IMG/VR virus record: IMGVR_UViG_3300042922_000643
Coordinates: 124,001-188,000 of that record
Direction: 5' to 3' (one strand)
DNA: 64,000 nt
Under the pieces are notes generated by a model that was not told the origin of the DNA, made no database searches, and saw only the letters and a program-made list of their open reading frames with translations. Positions 31,601 to 39,213 of this stretch are shown here, in pieces (within the stretch, counting starts at the first letter, position 1; each line of letters starts with the position of its first letter). A program made the translations under genes and the position numbers.

Positions 31601-31758
31601 CGGCCTGCGTCTCCAAGCGTCTCAGACGCCATCCTACGAGTTGCTGGGGACAGTGCGAGGGTGGCAGCAGCGCCAAGTGCAGCAATACCCCAGACCCCGT
31701 GATGAGTCTCTTGTTCTTTCTCACTATTCAGGTATCTTGAGTATTGGTTATCCGCCAC
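25633..31758 (-). CDS. 2041-aa tape-measure-like protein with a degenerate SNase-fold domain
   Basis: First gene after the tail chaperones; helical with Gly-rich hydrophobic segments at both ends; VTKVLDANTF...IRLAGVK...VNAMLARK at about 27040-27350. Confidence 0.6.
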   Translation of the reverse strand: MADNQYSRYLNSEKEQETHHGVWGIAALGAAATLALSPATRRMASETLGDAGRIVGGAALRTASYLHQAPKIGGLIGDAMSGIKALDHALDRRSPVSHFLNPERFNQRLESSLSRSTETAIRRQQSILGGMPTNIETDYSQLITDLSSTGRSYIRSTQKTLAMNDLKTKFPQHFERGLGEILNDLHAQDSDFFLNPGVERIENMLKRYSPENKVKNNNAFSIELPDETARKEFVEGMFTTLQKRADARRLDRRVLRGAKRPGSIDGVPVQGSVNLKNKLIDDFVSRHQKKETFLTKMMGGAGYRPVVNKDLLEKNESGKWVNKLFDNDSVIRRRINGEAVNGRIGNKIAAMANKDSRFLDLVADHRIFINDAGHIVDTRSLHEGLYKSASFVQQNFQVPFLRFNPLDLAHWTTYEAMKEAPKTYLMQRGTIQPSLHGVAETLRHPRAHNQDAAVGVLSRDYLYSNNKVMDLVSGEIVKDNVTLASARFGAIPRAMSSIANLHTGAGANRGFIKRLFDIGGQESETILSRALSTFTKFDDPNWMRNRYKTIFKDDATIKDLESSYKDIYAEINSRAKPLSDDTANFLNSYAKQAYGESNIDLGNLFGPDDIMGSLGRIRAGMSEKNGRIAMRKVGSQVSETWEKYHNNQGEFLKGKRIVSDNAPYLMGPLQPLDVHETNIVNRIDDVKRLIHQHAIEQIEQTAQVSVADLVREGIKNGNLPEKAAREVGDLSVLNELHRYWDDVYRLGPQAKTEALEAFKGDLIRRDDFREVLSNTVTNYTPIWSMGPGDQPPQPFGLVGNLVMNKGRGKNWMLEDINRQITDGVSPLKASTSSAMKVLGQPFAGRKNIQDFTMASMIPYYFAERLDNSLAKIGLGLSQKNRGSMQSIITNQFGRRIVLPYVALQQLQHLDGMTGDRVSDKAADTYANMSLDTAWFKQFTGINQIGKEFAELIPGLDQLWKTPIGAAVKYGSFGFFGDTRSEDELRHYYESGEDAVRKGRWWGIGSTTPWEGGKIDRFQPNWYRRMKSDYKFTDTMYGSESEYWANSWMPTLTHPFAPIKHFLTDPDHYEKKHAEDRPYPISGGIQELGMIPLIGPALNRTVGGLLNPYRENKDLSKAHREYQKEVNDYITSQYDSATGEGVIQFMPAGGYNLLSESSSFGGGFGEGLSSLDAPSLPQLTRYGKSGPSSSGAYTTGALAMDNLGSINAGIVAAGAGGTGAGAGVGPGGGMLLPARPMSSLESLRDPDFVADLKDIGSPYSGSQVLGDMWYGLTEQAGIYGFSANMAMGIDTNIRSQKLDRSSRMMSYGRSFWDMEMGGADGFFGGEFSEIARRYLAKDPRKQYYNPLQNKMPDWLPGVNYFIDFQHGDPYTKVAKGEMRLPGAAYESLNKLHPDTFGDYGAFDRFKILADVAPYSDEYKYWRRMVSQMKEAGALTTGMEDEYAEVRDQVAAKKDKYHFYPNKFRNAEVDNQKVTVTKVLDANTFLTAEHPNNPIRLAGVKVKADAEKAKEWLQQYIYEGAKITIGVDADPINRVRDDTMNTMHAVVYSNGNDHNPFYMSTKGQSVNAMLARKFDKKDGVNASGENTGVGTIAMYDKTQVTVGRMMEWMTHDAIPKIPIVGVIADKFMQVRSPLEMYKKNEVYGKAWRPWTDPWGGWIQPMLETAASQNPLVGAAQGYGIGWLFGKKGAGKYYGKWVGAAVFGGLAAARSIDEFVGRRSPGGDDYAWIPKRREKERAINEYFDVLKYMKYKGLYERAAERAKDEEGIDVDQLVGDSGDRGQKNKKLRNYLDASKKWLSMAKKIGYVDEDVVEEQLDNVRSRLKMIDQDRGSYRIGSKTMQALQYKEQYESTLYGADPNGDMTKIFRALPSKDREFFTQFMTAAPKEREEILRLVPKNQRRFYQAKWGMDTDEPESLNSYFKDHYLPNAKWEGWDANVNLDDIKLKVVRNEGLELTEFGMWQDDVKNADSSGVNRIEPFRPSMSIDITRIEKILQGAGLKDAQVSMTTSPLQGENKISLAMDFIKDRRDEIVSEFNNNMGSIFG

Positions 31759-31763
31759 TTATC

Positions 31764-32270
31764 TCATCTCTCTTCTTCGAGTTCTATACCATCAAATGTT
31801 TTGAGTACCCACTTAGCTCTTGAGTAGAACCACATTGTTTTATCGATTCCCCATGTCTCAATTTCTTCGAGTCTATACTGAGGAAATGCCTTCCCGATAA
31901 CACAAGTAAGCTGATTATCAAATGAATTCATCTCGTTATCATATTTAAACATAAGTTCTTTAACGATACTTTGTCCATCAATAAAGCCCGATTGAGTGAG
32001 GATCTCTGTTGTTATTGTCTCTGGAATACCCGCGCCTAGATCCGAAGTGTAATCAATCCCCGCAGGATCAAGAACACAGACAGAACAAACATACTCTGCG
32101 CGGTCAAATTCATCTTCATACATCTCCATAGCTTTGCGGTATTCAGAACGACTAAGAGCTCTAAATACATAGAATGTTTCTCCTATTTCAACAGCATACA
32201 CGTTTTGATAGATCTCTTTCCATTTCTCAATCTGGATTCTGGCTTGCTTCTCTGTTAGTTGTTCAGCCAC
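31764..32270 (-). CDS. Tail assembly chaperone (paralog 2)
   Basis: KWKEIYQNVY...VFRALSRSEY...GIPETI...SGF; GTG start at 32270 after GGAGGAG (ORF-track start 32303 lies in a hairpin). Confidence 0.7.
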   Translation of the reverse strand: MAEQLTEKQARIQIEKWKEIYQNVYAVEIGETFYVFRALSRSEYRKAMEMYEDEFDRAEYVCSVCVLDPAGIDYTSDLGAGIPETITTEILTQSGFIDGQSIVKELMFKYDNEMNSFDNQLTCVIGKAFPQYRLEEIETWGIDKTMWFYSRAKWVLKTFDGIELEEER

Positions 32271-32283
32271 GGTTTCTCCTCCT

Positions 32284-32317
32284 AAATAAAGAGAGGCCCT
32301 CATAAGAAGGCCTCTCT
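32284..32317 (-). terminator. Intrinsic terminator-like hairpin between the two chaperone genes
   Basis: AGAGAGGCC-10nt-GGCCTCTCT perfect 9-bp stem followed by a T-rich run on the minus strand. Confidence 0.6.
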
Positions 32318-32327
32318 GGGATATGTA

Positions 32328-32816
32328 CTACAGGCGATAGGCCCCTGTCTTCGCAGTGAAACCAGATTTCTCCATCACCAATTCAAAGATGAGGGTGGGG
32401 ATACCTGCTTTACCTGTTCTCACCTTTTGGAAACCGTAATTTTCAGGCCAGAGCAATACGGTGCTGAAAATCTTTTCTTCTTTATAGTAGTTGTCAGCGT
32501 TTGGAATCTTCATTGCATCTTTGTATTCTTGACGATTCAATGGACGCCATACAAGCATTTCTCCGCTTTCAAACTCCGTCAGATAAACTTCATTGTACCG
32601 AGAGCGCCACTCCGCTACTAGGTCTGCTGTTGGGCCATTAGGGAACTCCAGCAAATTTCCTGCTTCGTCATACATAGTAGCTTCTTCTTGATAGATAAGC
32701 TCACTCTCCCCCGCTTCACCCCATTCAGAGATGTCGGCTTGACCACCCTCGACAAGAAGTGATTCTACTTCTGGAGCCTCCACCGCTACTTGAACTTCCT
32801 GTTTCTTACCTGCCAT
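32328..32816 (-). CDS. Tail assembly chaperone (paralog 1)
   Basis: EWRSRYNEVY...VWRPLNRQEY...GIPTLI...SGF; follows the tube genes. Confidence 0.75.
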   Translation of the reverse strand: MAGKKQEVQVAVEAPEVESLLVEGGQADISEWGEAGESELIYQEEATMYDEAGNLLEFPNGPTADLVAEWRSRYNEVYLTEFESGEMLVWRPLNRQEYKDAMKIPNADNYYKEEKIFSTVLLWPENYGFQKVRTGKAGIPTLIFELVMEKSGFTAKTGAYRL

Positions 32817-32845
32817 GATTAATTCCTCCCATAATCTTTTATCTA

Positions 32846-33652
32846 TTATGACTCGACCCCAAAGCTGTATCTAGGATCGGATTCATACATATTAACGTTC
32901 TCGTTGATATCCCGACCTATAAAACTATATTCTTCATAGATAGGTTGACCACTACCATCAACGACTTGGCTGACGCCTGTAAGGTAGACTCCTGTGATCG
33001 TAGTAGCTGTGCTGGCTACATTCTCCGTGAGTGCTCCAGTTGCATAGTTCTGCGTGTAAGGACCATATAGTAGTTCTATAGTGAATCCTTTTTTAGCTAG
33101 ATTAGGTCTGGACTTTGTAGGCGTAAAATAACTGTCCGACCCACGGCTATTCGTGTTAGACTGCATACCTGTATTTGTTGTTACTCCCCAGAGAGACTCC
33201 TCAAATTCATAGGCAAGCTGCTCGAATTTTGCAGAGTTACTTGTTGATACAGCAAGCATATGTTCAGGACTTACAAGGTCCTTTGTCTTCGTCGGATTAC
33301 TCTGTGCATATACTTTAGCCTCACTCAATTCTGACTCTAATCTATTAGTTATGAAATGTAAATAGTAACTCTCCTTAAAATTTATACGAAAAGTTCCTAC
33401 TACTTGCCGACTTCCTACGGCCATTCGGTCATAAGTATAGGAGGCGTATCCTAGGATAGGAGCAGCATTTTCTTGCAGGTTATATTGGATGCCTACAATT
33501 TCATCGACCCAGGTATTACCAAAATAGATACGAACGTCTTGGCCCGAAAAATACTCTTCGCTGAACCGTTTAAACTCGGCATTCGCTGTTGGCTTTCGGT
33601 TGTACGAATTCTGTAGATGCTGACTGAAGTTATAATCTACTGCTTTTGCCAT
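32846..33652 (-). CDS. Divergent tail-tube-like protein (paralog 3)
   Basis: FSGQDVRIYF...GSRQVVGTFRINF...FTIELLYG...TITGVYL aligns by eye with the other two tube paralogs. Confidence 0.6.
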   Translation of the reverse strand: MAKAVDYNFSQHLQNSYNRKPTANAEFKRFSEEYFSGQDVRIYFGNTWVDEIVGIQYNLQENAAPILGYASYTYDRMAVGSRQVVGTFRINFKESYYLHFITNRLESELSEAKVYAQSNPTKTKDLVSPEHMLAVSTSNSAKFEQLAYEFEESLWGVTTNTGMQSNTNSRGSDSYFTPTKSRPNLAKKGFTIELLYGPYTQNYATGALTENVASTATTITGVYLTGVSQVVDGSGQPIYEEYSFIGRDINENVNMYESDPRYSFGVES

Positions 33653-33663
33653 GCTCCTACCTC

Positions 33664-34221
33664 CTATTCCTCAGTATAGTTATAATTTGCTTGTGCGCCG
33701 TAGTCCATCAAATCTATATCCATTGCCATATACTGCATCGTATTTTCTGTGATCATATCTTCGATAGACATTGTCTGTCCTTCTGTAAGAATATAGACCC
33801 CGTATATAGTAAGTGTTGCGGAGTTTCCATACTCATTGAGGAAATGAATATTGATATCGAAAGGGGGAAGTTCATCAGTTTTTGCATAATTCCGAAGATC
33901 GGTAATGTCGGCTTCTGTAAATCCGTAGCTGGTCTTAAAAGAGTTTTCTTGTTTGCGATAAACATCCATCACGCTCTTTAGTACGTGACGATCAAATACG
34001 GTAAAGATTAAAGAACCTGCAATTGTTCTTGGGCCGCGGGTAATTCCCTTAGGACCAATCCGTCCTAACGCAGTTACAGCAGAAACAGGACGGTAGATAC
34101 TATAAGAAATTGTTTGAATCTCGCCAAAAACAATTGGTTTCCCTCCTTGAGGTGTAATACTAGCTACAATATCTGCACCTGAGAAGGAAGTATATGTTTT
34201 GGAATATTTATTTTCTGCCAT
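33664..34221 (-). CDS. Tail tube protein (paralog 2)
   Basis: SFSGADIVA...IAGSLIFTVFDR...DELPPFDINIHFLNEYG...TIYGV; near-identical motifs to 34278-34862. Confidence 0.8.
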   Translation of the reverse strand: MAENKYSKTYTSFSGADIVASITPQGGKPIVFGEIQTISYSIYRPVSAVTALGRIGPKGITRGPRTIAGSLIFTVFDRHVLKSVMDVYRKQENSFKTSYGFTEADITDLRNYAKTDELPPFDINIHFLNEYGNSATLTIYGVYILTEGQTMSIEDMITENTMQYMAMDIDLMDYGAQANYNYTEE

Positions 34222-34235
34222 TTCTTCTCCCCCTA

Positions 34236-34272
34236 ATAAAATAGAGAGGGCCCTGTGAGAGCCCTCCCCGTT
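34236..34272 (-). terminator. Intrinsic terminator after the major tube gene
   Basis: Minus strand GGGGAGGGCTC-TCACA-GGGCCCTCTC then TATTTTATT. Confidence 0.7.
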
Positions 34273-34277
34273 TGGTG

Positions 34278-34862
34278 TTAGTTGATTGTTGGTTCTGTGA
34301 AGGCATCTGGTTTCATGTCGTCAATCGCACGGGCGATAAACGTACAAGCTTTTTCAGTGGTGATATCGTCAATCGACATCCCCATACCTTCATTCAGGAT
34401 TTCAACTCCGTAGATAGTCATTACAGAAGACTGACCATACTCATTCAGGAAGTTGATTGTGATATCGAATGGAGGAATTTCATCCGCATACGCGATTTCA
34501 GATCCACGGTTCCAGGCTTCGATACCTGCGGAAGTTACAGCATTTTGATCGACATCCTGAATCGGGTTTGGACTAAGCTGTCCCGAAGTATTCAGCTGCT
34601 GTCTGTAGACCTTTGCATCTTTCTTCAACTGGTGAAGAGCGTTGCGGTCAAAGACTGTGAATACCAAGCTACCTGCAATCCCGCGTTTACCACGGGAGAA
34701 GGATACAGGGTTTGGATTACCCATTACGTAAATCGGACCTTTTTCACGAGTTACGGAATATGTAATAGCTTGGAGTTCGCCGACAACCACTTGGTTAAAG
34801 GTAGCAATGATATCTGCACCAGAATACGAAGTGAATGTTTTTGTATAGTTGGAAGTAGCCAC
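34278..34862 (-). CDS. Major tail tube protein
   Basis: SYSGADIIA...IAGSLVFTVFDR...DEIPPFDITINFLNEYG; directly after the sheath; strong codon bias; followed by a terminator. Confidence 0.85.
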   Translation of the reverse strand: MATSNYTKTFTSYSGADIIATFNQVVVGELQAITYSVTREKGPIYVMGNPNPVSFSRGKRGIAGSLVFTVFDRNALHQLKKDAKVYRQQLNTSGQLSPNPIQDVDQNAVTSAGIEAWNRGSEIAYADEIPPFDITINFLNEYGQSSVMTIYGVEILNEGMGMSIDDITTEKACTFIARAIDDMKPDAFTEPTIN

Positions 34863-34876
34863 TAGTTAGTTCCTCC

Positions 34877-36484
34877 TTAGCTCAGCAGCGGACGCAGGGA
34901 CACGTCTACCGAGATCTTTGTATTTTCGAATGCAGGGACGAGTTGCACAGTAATCTTCGTCTGACCGATTTGACTTCCCGCTTGAGTAACCGTGAAAGCA
35001 TAATCGGATACTGCCCCAGCAGATCTCATACCGATGAAGCCGCTATTCAGAGCCGAGTTCAGGGCATTACGCTGAGGAACACCAGAAGGTTCACCGATAA
35101 ATGGTTCCGATACCTGACGGATCATGTTGATCGCCGCATGCGTGATACGCAGGGTAGACAGGCGAGTGTAGTCCGATTTGTTGGTTTGGTTACCAATCAC
35201 GATATCAGGAGCAGTTGTAATACCGTCTGTCACATACACACCACCGTTTTTGAAGCGGAAGGATACGTATTTGTTTCCAGACAGGGAGTTCAACTGACGC
35301 AGGGACAGGTTGTATGCTAGACCAGCAACACCAGAAACAGCCTTGTTGGTTGGAGCAGACTGTGCTGGCAAAGTCGAAACCAGAGCGGCATAAGTTACTG
35401 CGCCATTAGCGTAGTAGTAGCCAGATTTACCTGGAACGCTATATGCCAGTTCAGGACCAGCAGTTACACTCAGGTGTCCGCTATACTCGTTGTTCAGAGC
35501 AACAGCAGCATCAACAGCAGTCTTGATATCTGTTAGAGTAGTAGACAAAGGAGCAGAAACTCCGATGAACCCCTTAACAGTGTTATGGTTGATGGTTTGA
35601 TCTTCACAGTAGTCCTTCAGAAGCTCAGCGAAGTTACCAACATAGAGAGTACCTTCGTCATGACGAGTCTTCACAGCAACAGCATCAGCAGTCATTTTCA
35701 GAGCAGCGGTAGCATCGCCAGCAGTACCTACTTTGTAAGTGAATGCAGTGTCACCCAGGATAACCAGCTTGTTTTCTTCGATGAGAACGTTGAAGTTTTC
35801 CAGGCCAGCAGCAGCAGTCAAGTCTTCTTTAATGTCAGCAGCCAGATCAGCAAAAGTTTTGCCAGATGTGCCGTCATAGACTTTAGGGCCAATAGTTACG
35901 GTCTTGTCAGTTCCAATGTTCAGAACAAAGGAATCGGAAGTTCCCGTAGCGATAGTGACAGGATAGCTTAGAGCAGTACTTGCCACTTTAAATCCGTACT
36001 TCAGAACTCCACCTACGTTAGGGAAGTTTGCAACATCTTCAGGGTTAGTGAAGTCAGCAGCAGTCAGTACAGTTGTTTCTTTATCTGCGAAATAATCACG
36101 CAGAGCAATATTGTCGATAGTGAAGTCAGCCAGGATACCGAAGAACAGGTTATGCATTTTAAGGAATGCACTCTTTGTTTTTGCAGCAGCATCGGCACCT
36201 TCACCATTAACAGCCAGCAGGTATGTACGACGGTTTCCACCTTCGAATGCGGCCTTCCATGCGGCAGTAATCGGATTAACTACACCGTTTTTGTCAGTAA
36301 AAGCGCCGAAGTAAGTTACTGCGTCGCTCGATTGACGAGCCAAGGTAGGATCAGCTGGAACCTCGGTGGCAGTAGAAGGAGCAATGATAAGCAAGCTCTC
36401 TGTAGTGCCGTCCTCTGGTAAAATCAAACCACCATCTTGGGCCGATACTTCAATCCCTGGCAGGTTTGGATAGGAAATGGACAT
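34877..36484 (-). CDS. Major tail sheath protein
   Basis: N-terminal YPNLPGIEV; C-terminal YTRLSTLRI...SEPFIGEP...ITVQLVPAFE..I sheath signature. Confidence 0.9.
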   Translation of the reverse strand: MSISYPNLPGIEVSAQDGGLILPEDGTTESLLIIAPSTATEVPADPTLARQSSDAVTYFGAFTDKNGVVNPITAAWKAAFEGGNRRTYLLAVNGEGADAAAKTKSAFLKMHNLFFGILADFTIDNIALRDYFADKETTVLTAADFTNPEDVANFPNVGGVLKYGFKVASTALSYPVTIATGTSDSFVLNIGTDKTVTIGPKVYDGTSGKTFADLAADIKEDLTAAAGLENFNVLIEENKLVILGDTAFTYKVGTAGDATAALKMTADAVAVKTRHDEGTLYVGNFAELLKDYCEDQTINHNTVKGFIGVSAPLSTTLTDIKTAVDAAVALNNEYSGHLSVTAGPELAYSVPGKSGYYYANGAVTYAALVSTLPAQSAPTNKAVSGVAGLAYNLSLRQLNSLSGNKYVSFRFKNGGVYVTDGITTAPDIVIGNQTNKSDYTRLSTLRITHAAINMIRQVSEPFIGEPSGVPQRNALNSALNSGFIGMRSAGAVSDYAFTVTQAGSQIGQTKITVQLVPAFENTKISVDVSLRPLLS

Positions 36485-37128
36485 TAGAAATTTCCTCCTC
36501 TATTGAATTTAAAGTCTATTGCTTCTGTATAATGATCTTGGTCACCTGACATTGTAGATCGGAGTTCGACCTTGCCAATAACCTCCTTGATCACCGCGGA
36601 CGGTATCGCAACTTGCTTTTCTAGCCTTACTAGATAAGTGAACTTACGGCAGGTCGCCGACTCTTTTAAAGTCGAACCATTAGCGCCTGTCATCTCTAGG
36701 AAAATCAGCTGGTTCACTCCACGACTCATAAGGTATCCCGTACAAATCGTTATAAGATCTTCGAACTGATTAGCTAGCTTATTTAGCTTTGCATTGTTCT
36801 CTTCCCACACTTCAAAGATGACAGTGTAATCGAATATCTGAGAATAGACATTGATGACTTCCGCATTTTCATCGGCAGCATCAGGAACTCGAAACATCTC
36901 TCTAAATCTAGGTTTTATTTCCTTAACTCCCTTGCCGAATTCACCAGGCACTTTCTTAGAAAGGGCATAAGTAATAATAGGGAATTCAACGTCAGTAGGG
37001 TCAGTTCCATTGGGAAATGCTTCGCAGAATGTGCCCCAGTTTTCGCCCCAAGATTCGTGGAGGATTTTATAGAGCATGTCTGTGAAATCTTCAAAGGAAC
37101 AAGATGATTCTGCTTGTGTTCTACTCAT
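36484..37128 (-). CDS. Tail completion/terminator-type protein
   Basis: Between the two sheath genes; FPIITY...FDYTVIFEVW pattern. Confidence 0.55.
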   Translation of the reverse strand: MSRTQAESSCSFEDFTDMLYKILHESWGENWGTFCEAFPNGTDPTDVEFPIITYALSKKVPGEFGKGVKEIKPRFREMFRVPDAADENAEVINVYSQIFDYTVIFEVWEENNAKLNKLANQFEDLITICTGYLMSRGVNQLIFLEMTGANGSTLKESATCRKFTYLVRLEKQVAIPSAVIKEVIGKVELRSTMSGDQDHYTEAIDFKFNRGGNF

Positions 37129-38675
37129 AGGGAGCCTCCCTTCGAGAAGGGGATAGTAACAGAAGAGGAAACAGAAGCGGCATGAGAGGTGGGAATAAAG
37201 TAGATCATCACATACATTTCCGTGAAGTTGGAGTTGTAGGAGAATTTCACATCATAGCTGCGAATAGAACCAATTCTTGAGTATTCGTTCATAAACTCGA
37301 AGACTCTAGCTTGTGCTCTACTGCGAGATACGGAGGTACTTGCTTCCCCAATGTATGGGTCTAGGTAGTAGACAGCGCGTCTAGCAATTTCATGCACTGT
37401 GCGAACAACATGTGGATAACGAAGCAGAGAATTTTTGTTTTCCGTGGATGCAGTCACTGCGCTGAAAGGGACAAGCCCTTTGCGTACAGAACTCACAATA
37501 GATATATAACCATTAGCGGCCAAATTAGCAATATCTTCTTTGGAAAAAGAATAATTAATTCGTGCTGCTCCTCGTAAACTCTTGTTTGTCATGTTTGTTT
37601 GATGTGAAAGCATTGCCTGGGTTCCCGCATAAGAGTAGGCAAGGCTGAGTAGTTTTGGTGCTTCGGCAAGCACACTAGAGATAAGGACATCTCCTGTAAC
37701 AATTTGAATATGGCTGTAAGGACTAGCTTCGCCATACCCTTCAGTCTCACCAATAGAAGAAGCAAGATCGCCTGCTTTCTTTTGCATCAAGTTCATAGCT
37801 AGGTTATGGATACTTTCTGCCGTTGGATCAATGAGGGGTTTAACTCCTATAACTCCAATGGTCCCCGTATGACTAGTAGAGAACTTGTTATAGCAAAACT
37901 TCGCCAACATCTTTGTATACTCAGCACCATCATCATGAAACATGTCTACTAGACAGGCAACGCCGAAGTCCATTAAGCCGAGTGTGCTATTAGGTTCGAA
38001 GTTTGCTTGGTCCGTAATATCTTCTCCGAAGAGAGCTACGTTCAGCATCGATTCTAACTGCTCTAGCTGCTCCTCAGGGACCTCGGAAGTAAATCTATCA
38101 ACAACTACACTAGCTTCTGTGTCAGCGCCCTGTAGGGCTGCTGTGTAGAGGTGATTCTCATCGAATAATCCCATCTGGAAAGAATGAGAAAGTGATTTAG
38201 CTGTAAACTCGATCAAGCCATACATAGCGTCAATATTAAGAGCATCGGCAAGTAGTGTGGCACTAGGATAGTCCGCAAAATAATAATTACGAATGTCTCC
38301 TCCGCTGCTCGATACAACGAGACGACCATCACCTGCGGAAATGGTGATATTATTACTGTCATCATTAGCAGAAACAGAGTGGAATGACATTACGTCTTCT
38401 CTAGTTCCCATTTCAGTATCTATGTAAGTCAGAGTAGCATCTGCATGTTTACCATTAATACGGTACAATAAGATGCTTGTTACCCCTGTCGAATATGCCA
38501 GATTATAGGCATGAGCCAAGGGGCAGTCTCCGATAATATCAATGACATCAGCACTAGAAGAAAGAGCGAAGGGGGCATGACTTGGCCCATCTTTTGCAAC
38601 GCCAATGAGAATAAGAGTATTCTCTGGGTTAGCTACGGTTTCTACGACTTCGAATTGTGCTTGAGTAGCTGTCAT
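37125..38675 (-). CDS. Second tail-sheath-like protein
   Basis: LILIGVAKDGP...LLYRING N-terminus; LRYPHVVRTV...LDPYIGEA...VMIYFIP sheath C-terminal pattern. Confidence 0.75.
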   Translation of the reverse strand: MTATQAQFEVVETVANPENTLILIGVAKDGPSHAPFALSSSADVIDIIGDCPLAHAYNLAYSTGVTSILLYRINGKHADATLTYIDTEMGTREDVMSFHSVSANDDSNNITISAGDGRLVVSSSGGDIRNYYFADYPSATLLADALNIDAMYGLIEFTAKSLSHSFQMGLFDENHLYTAALQGADTEASVVVDRFTSEVPEEQLEQLESMLNVALFGEDITDQANFEPNSTLGLMDFGVACLVDMFHDDGAEYTKMLAKFCYNKFSTSHTGTIGVIGVKPLIDPTAESIHNLAMNLMQKKAGDLASSIGETEGYGEASPYSHIQIVTGDVLISSVLAEAPKLLSLAYSYAGTQAMLSHQTNMTNKSLRGAARINYSFSKEDIANLAANGYISIVSSVRKGLVPFSAVTASTENKNSLLRYPHVVRTVHEIARRAVYYLDPYIGEASTSVSRSRAQARVFEFMNEYSRIGSIRSYDVKFSYNSNFTEMYVMIYFIPTSHAASVSSSVTIPFSKGGSL

Positions 38676-39203
38676 CTATTCCCCTCCATCCCTCAATATC
38701 TCATAGTTCTTGATACCATTCGTATTTGCAATTCGAATGCCTCGAATGTTTCGCTCTACGCTTTCTCCTGCTACATATACCTTTTGAAAAGCAACCTCTC
38801 CACGCTCAAAACGGTTTCTATCAATATAGTTAATCTCCGAAATCTCTCCACCGTTGTAGATCGGCTTACCTGTTGGAGACCAGTCTACTTCTAGAATCAA
38901 ATCTTTCAATGCAATCTTGACATCAGACTTGAAGAAATAGGCTTTACCTGACATAGCTAGTGGTCCAAATGAGCTATCCTGTACGGCCCTAGGCAACGTC
39001 TGTGGTATAGATACGGTCATAGCTCGTACTGTATGTTTCTCAACAACAGGAACTGTGCCTATACCAAAACAGACAGGGCAGGTTTTGTCCGCGGACATGG
39101 TTTTTTCATGCCAGCAAGAGCATTTCAGTTTACTCTCTTGTCGAACTACGAGTACATTGTGACCGTAGTCTCGCAAGATATTATTGAATTCATCTTTTAG
39201 CAC
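38676..39203 (-). CDS. Head-tail connector/closure protein with Cys cluster
   Basis: KCSCW...CPVCFG; neck position between capsid and sheath genes. Confidence 0.6.
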   Translation of the reverse strand: MLKDEFNNILRDYGHNVLVVRQESKLKCSCWHEKTMSADKTCPVCFGIGTVPVVEKHTVRAMTVSIPQTLPRAVQDSSFGPLAMSGKAYFFKSDVKIALKDLILEVDWSPTGKPIYNGGEISEINYIDRNRFERGEVAFQKVYVAGESVERNIRGIRIANTNGIKNYEILRDGGE

Positions 39204-39213
39204 TACGGATCAC

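Noticed and set aside
31764-32816. Programmed frameshift joining the two tail chaperones
   Set aside because: Each gene has its own RBS and full paralogous fold, a terminator-like hairpin lies between them, and I saw no convincing slippery site
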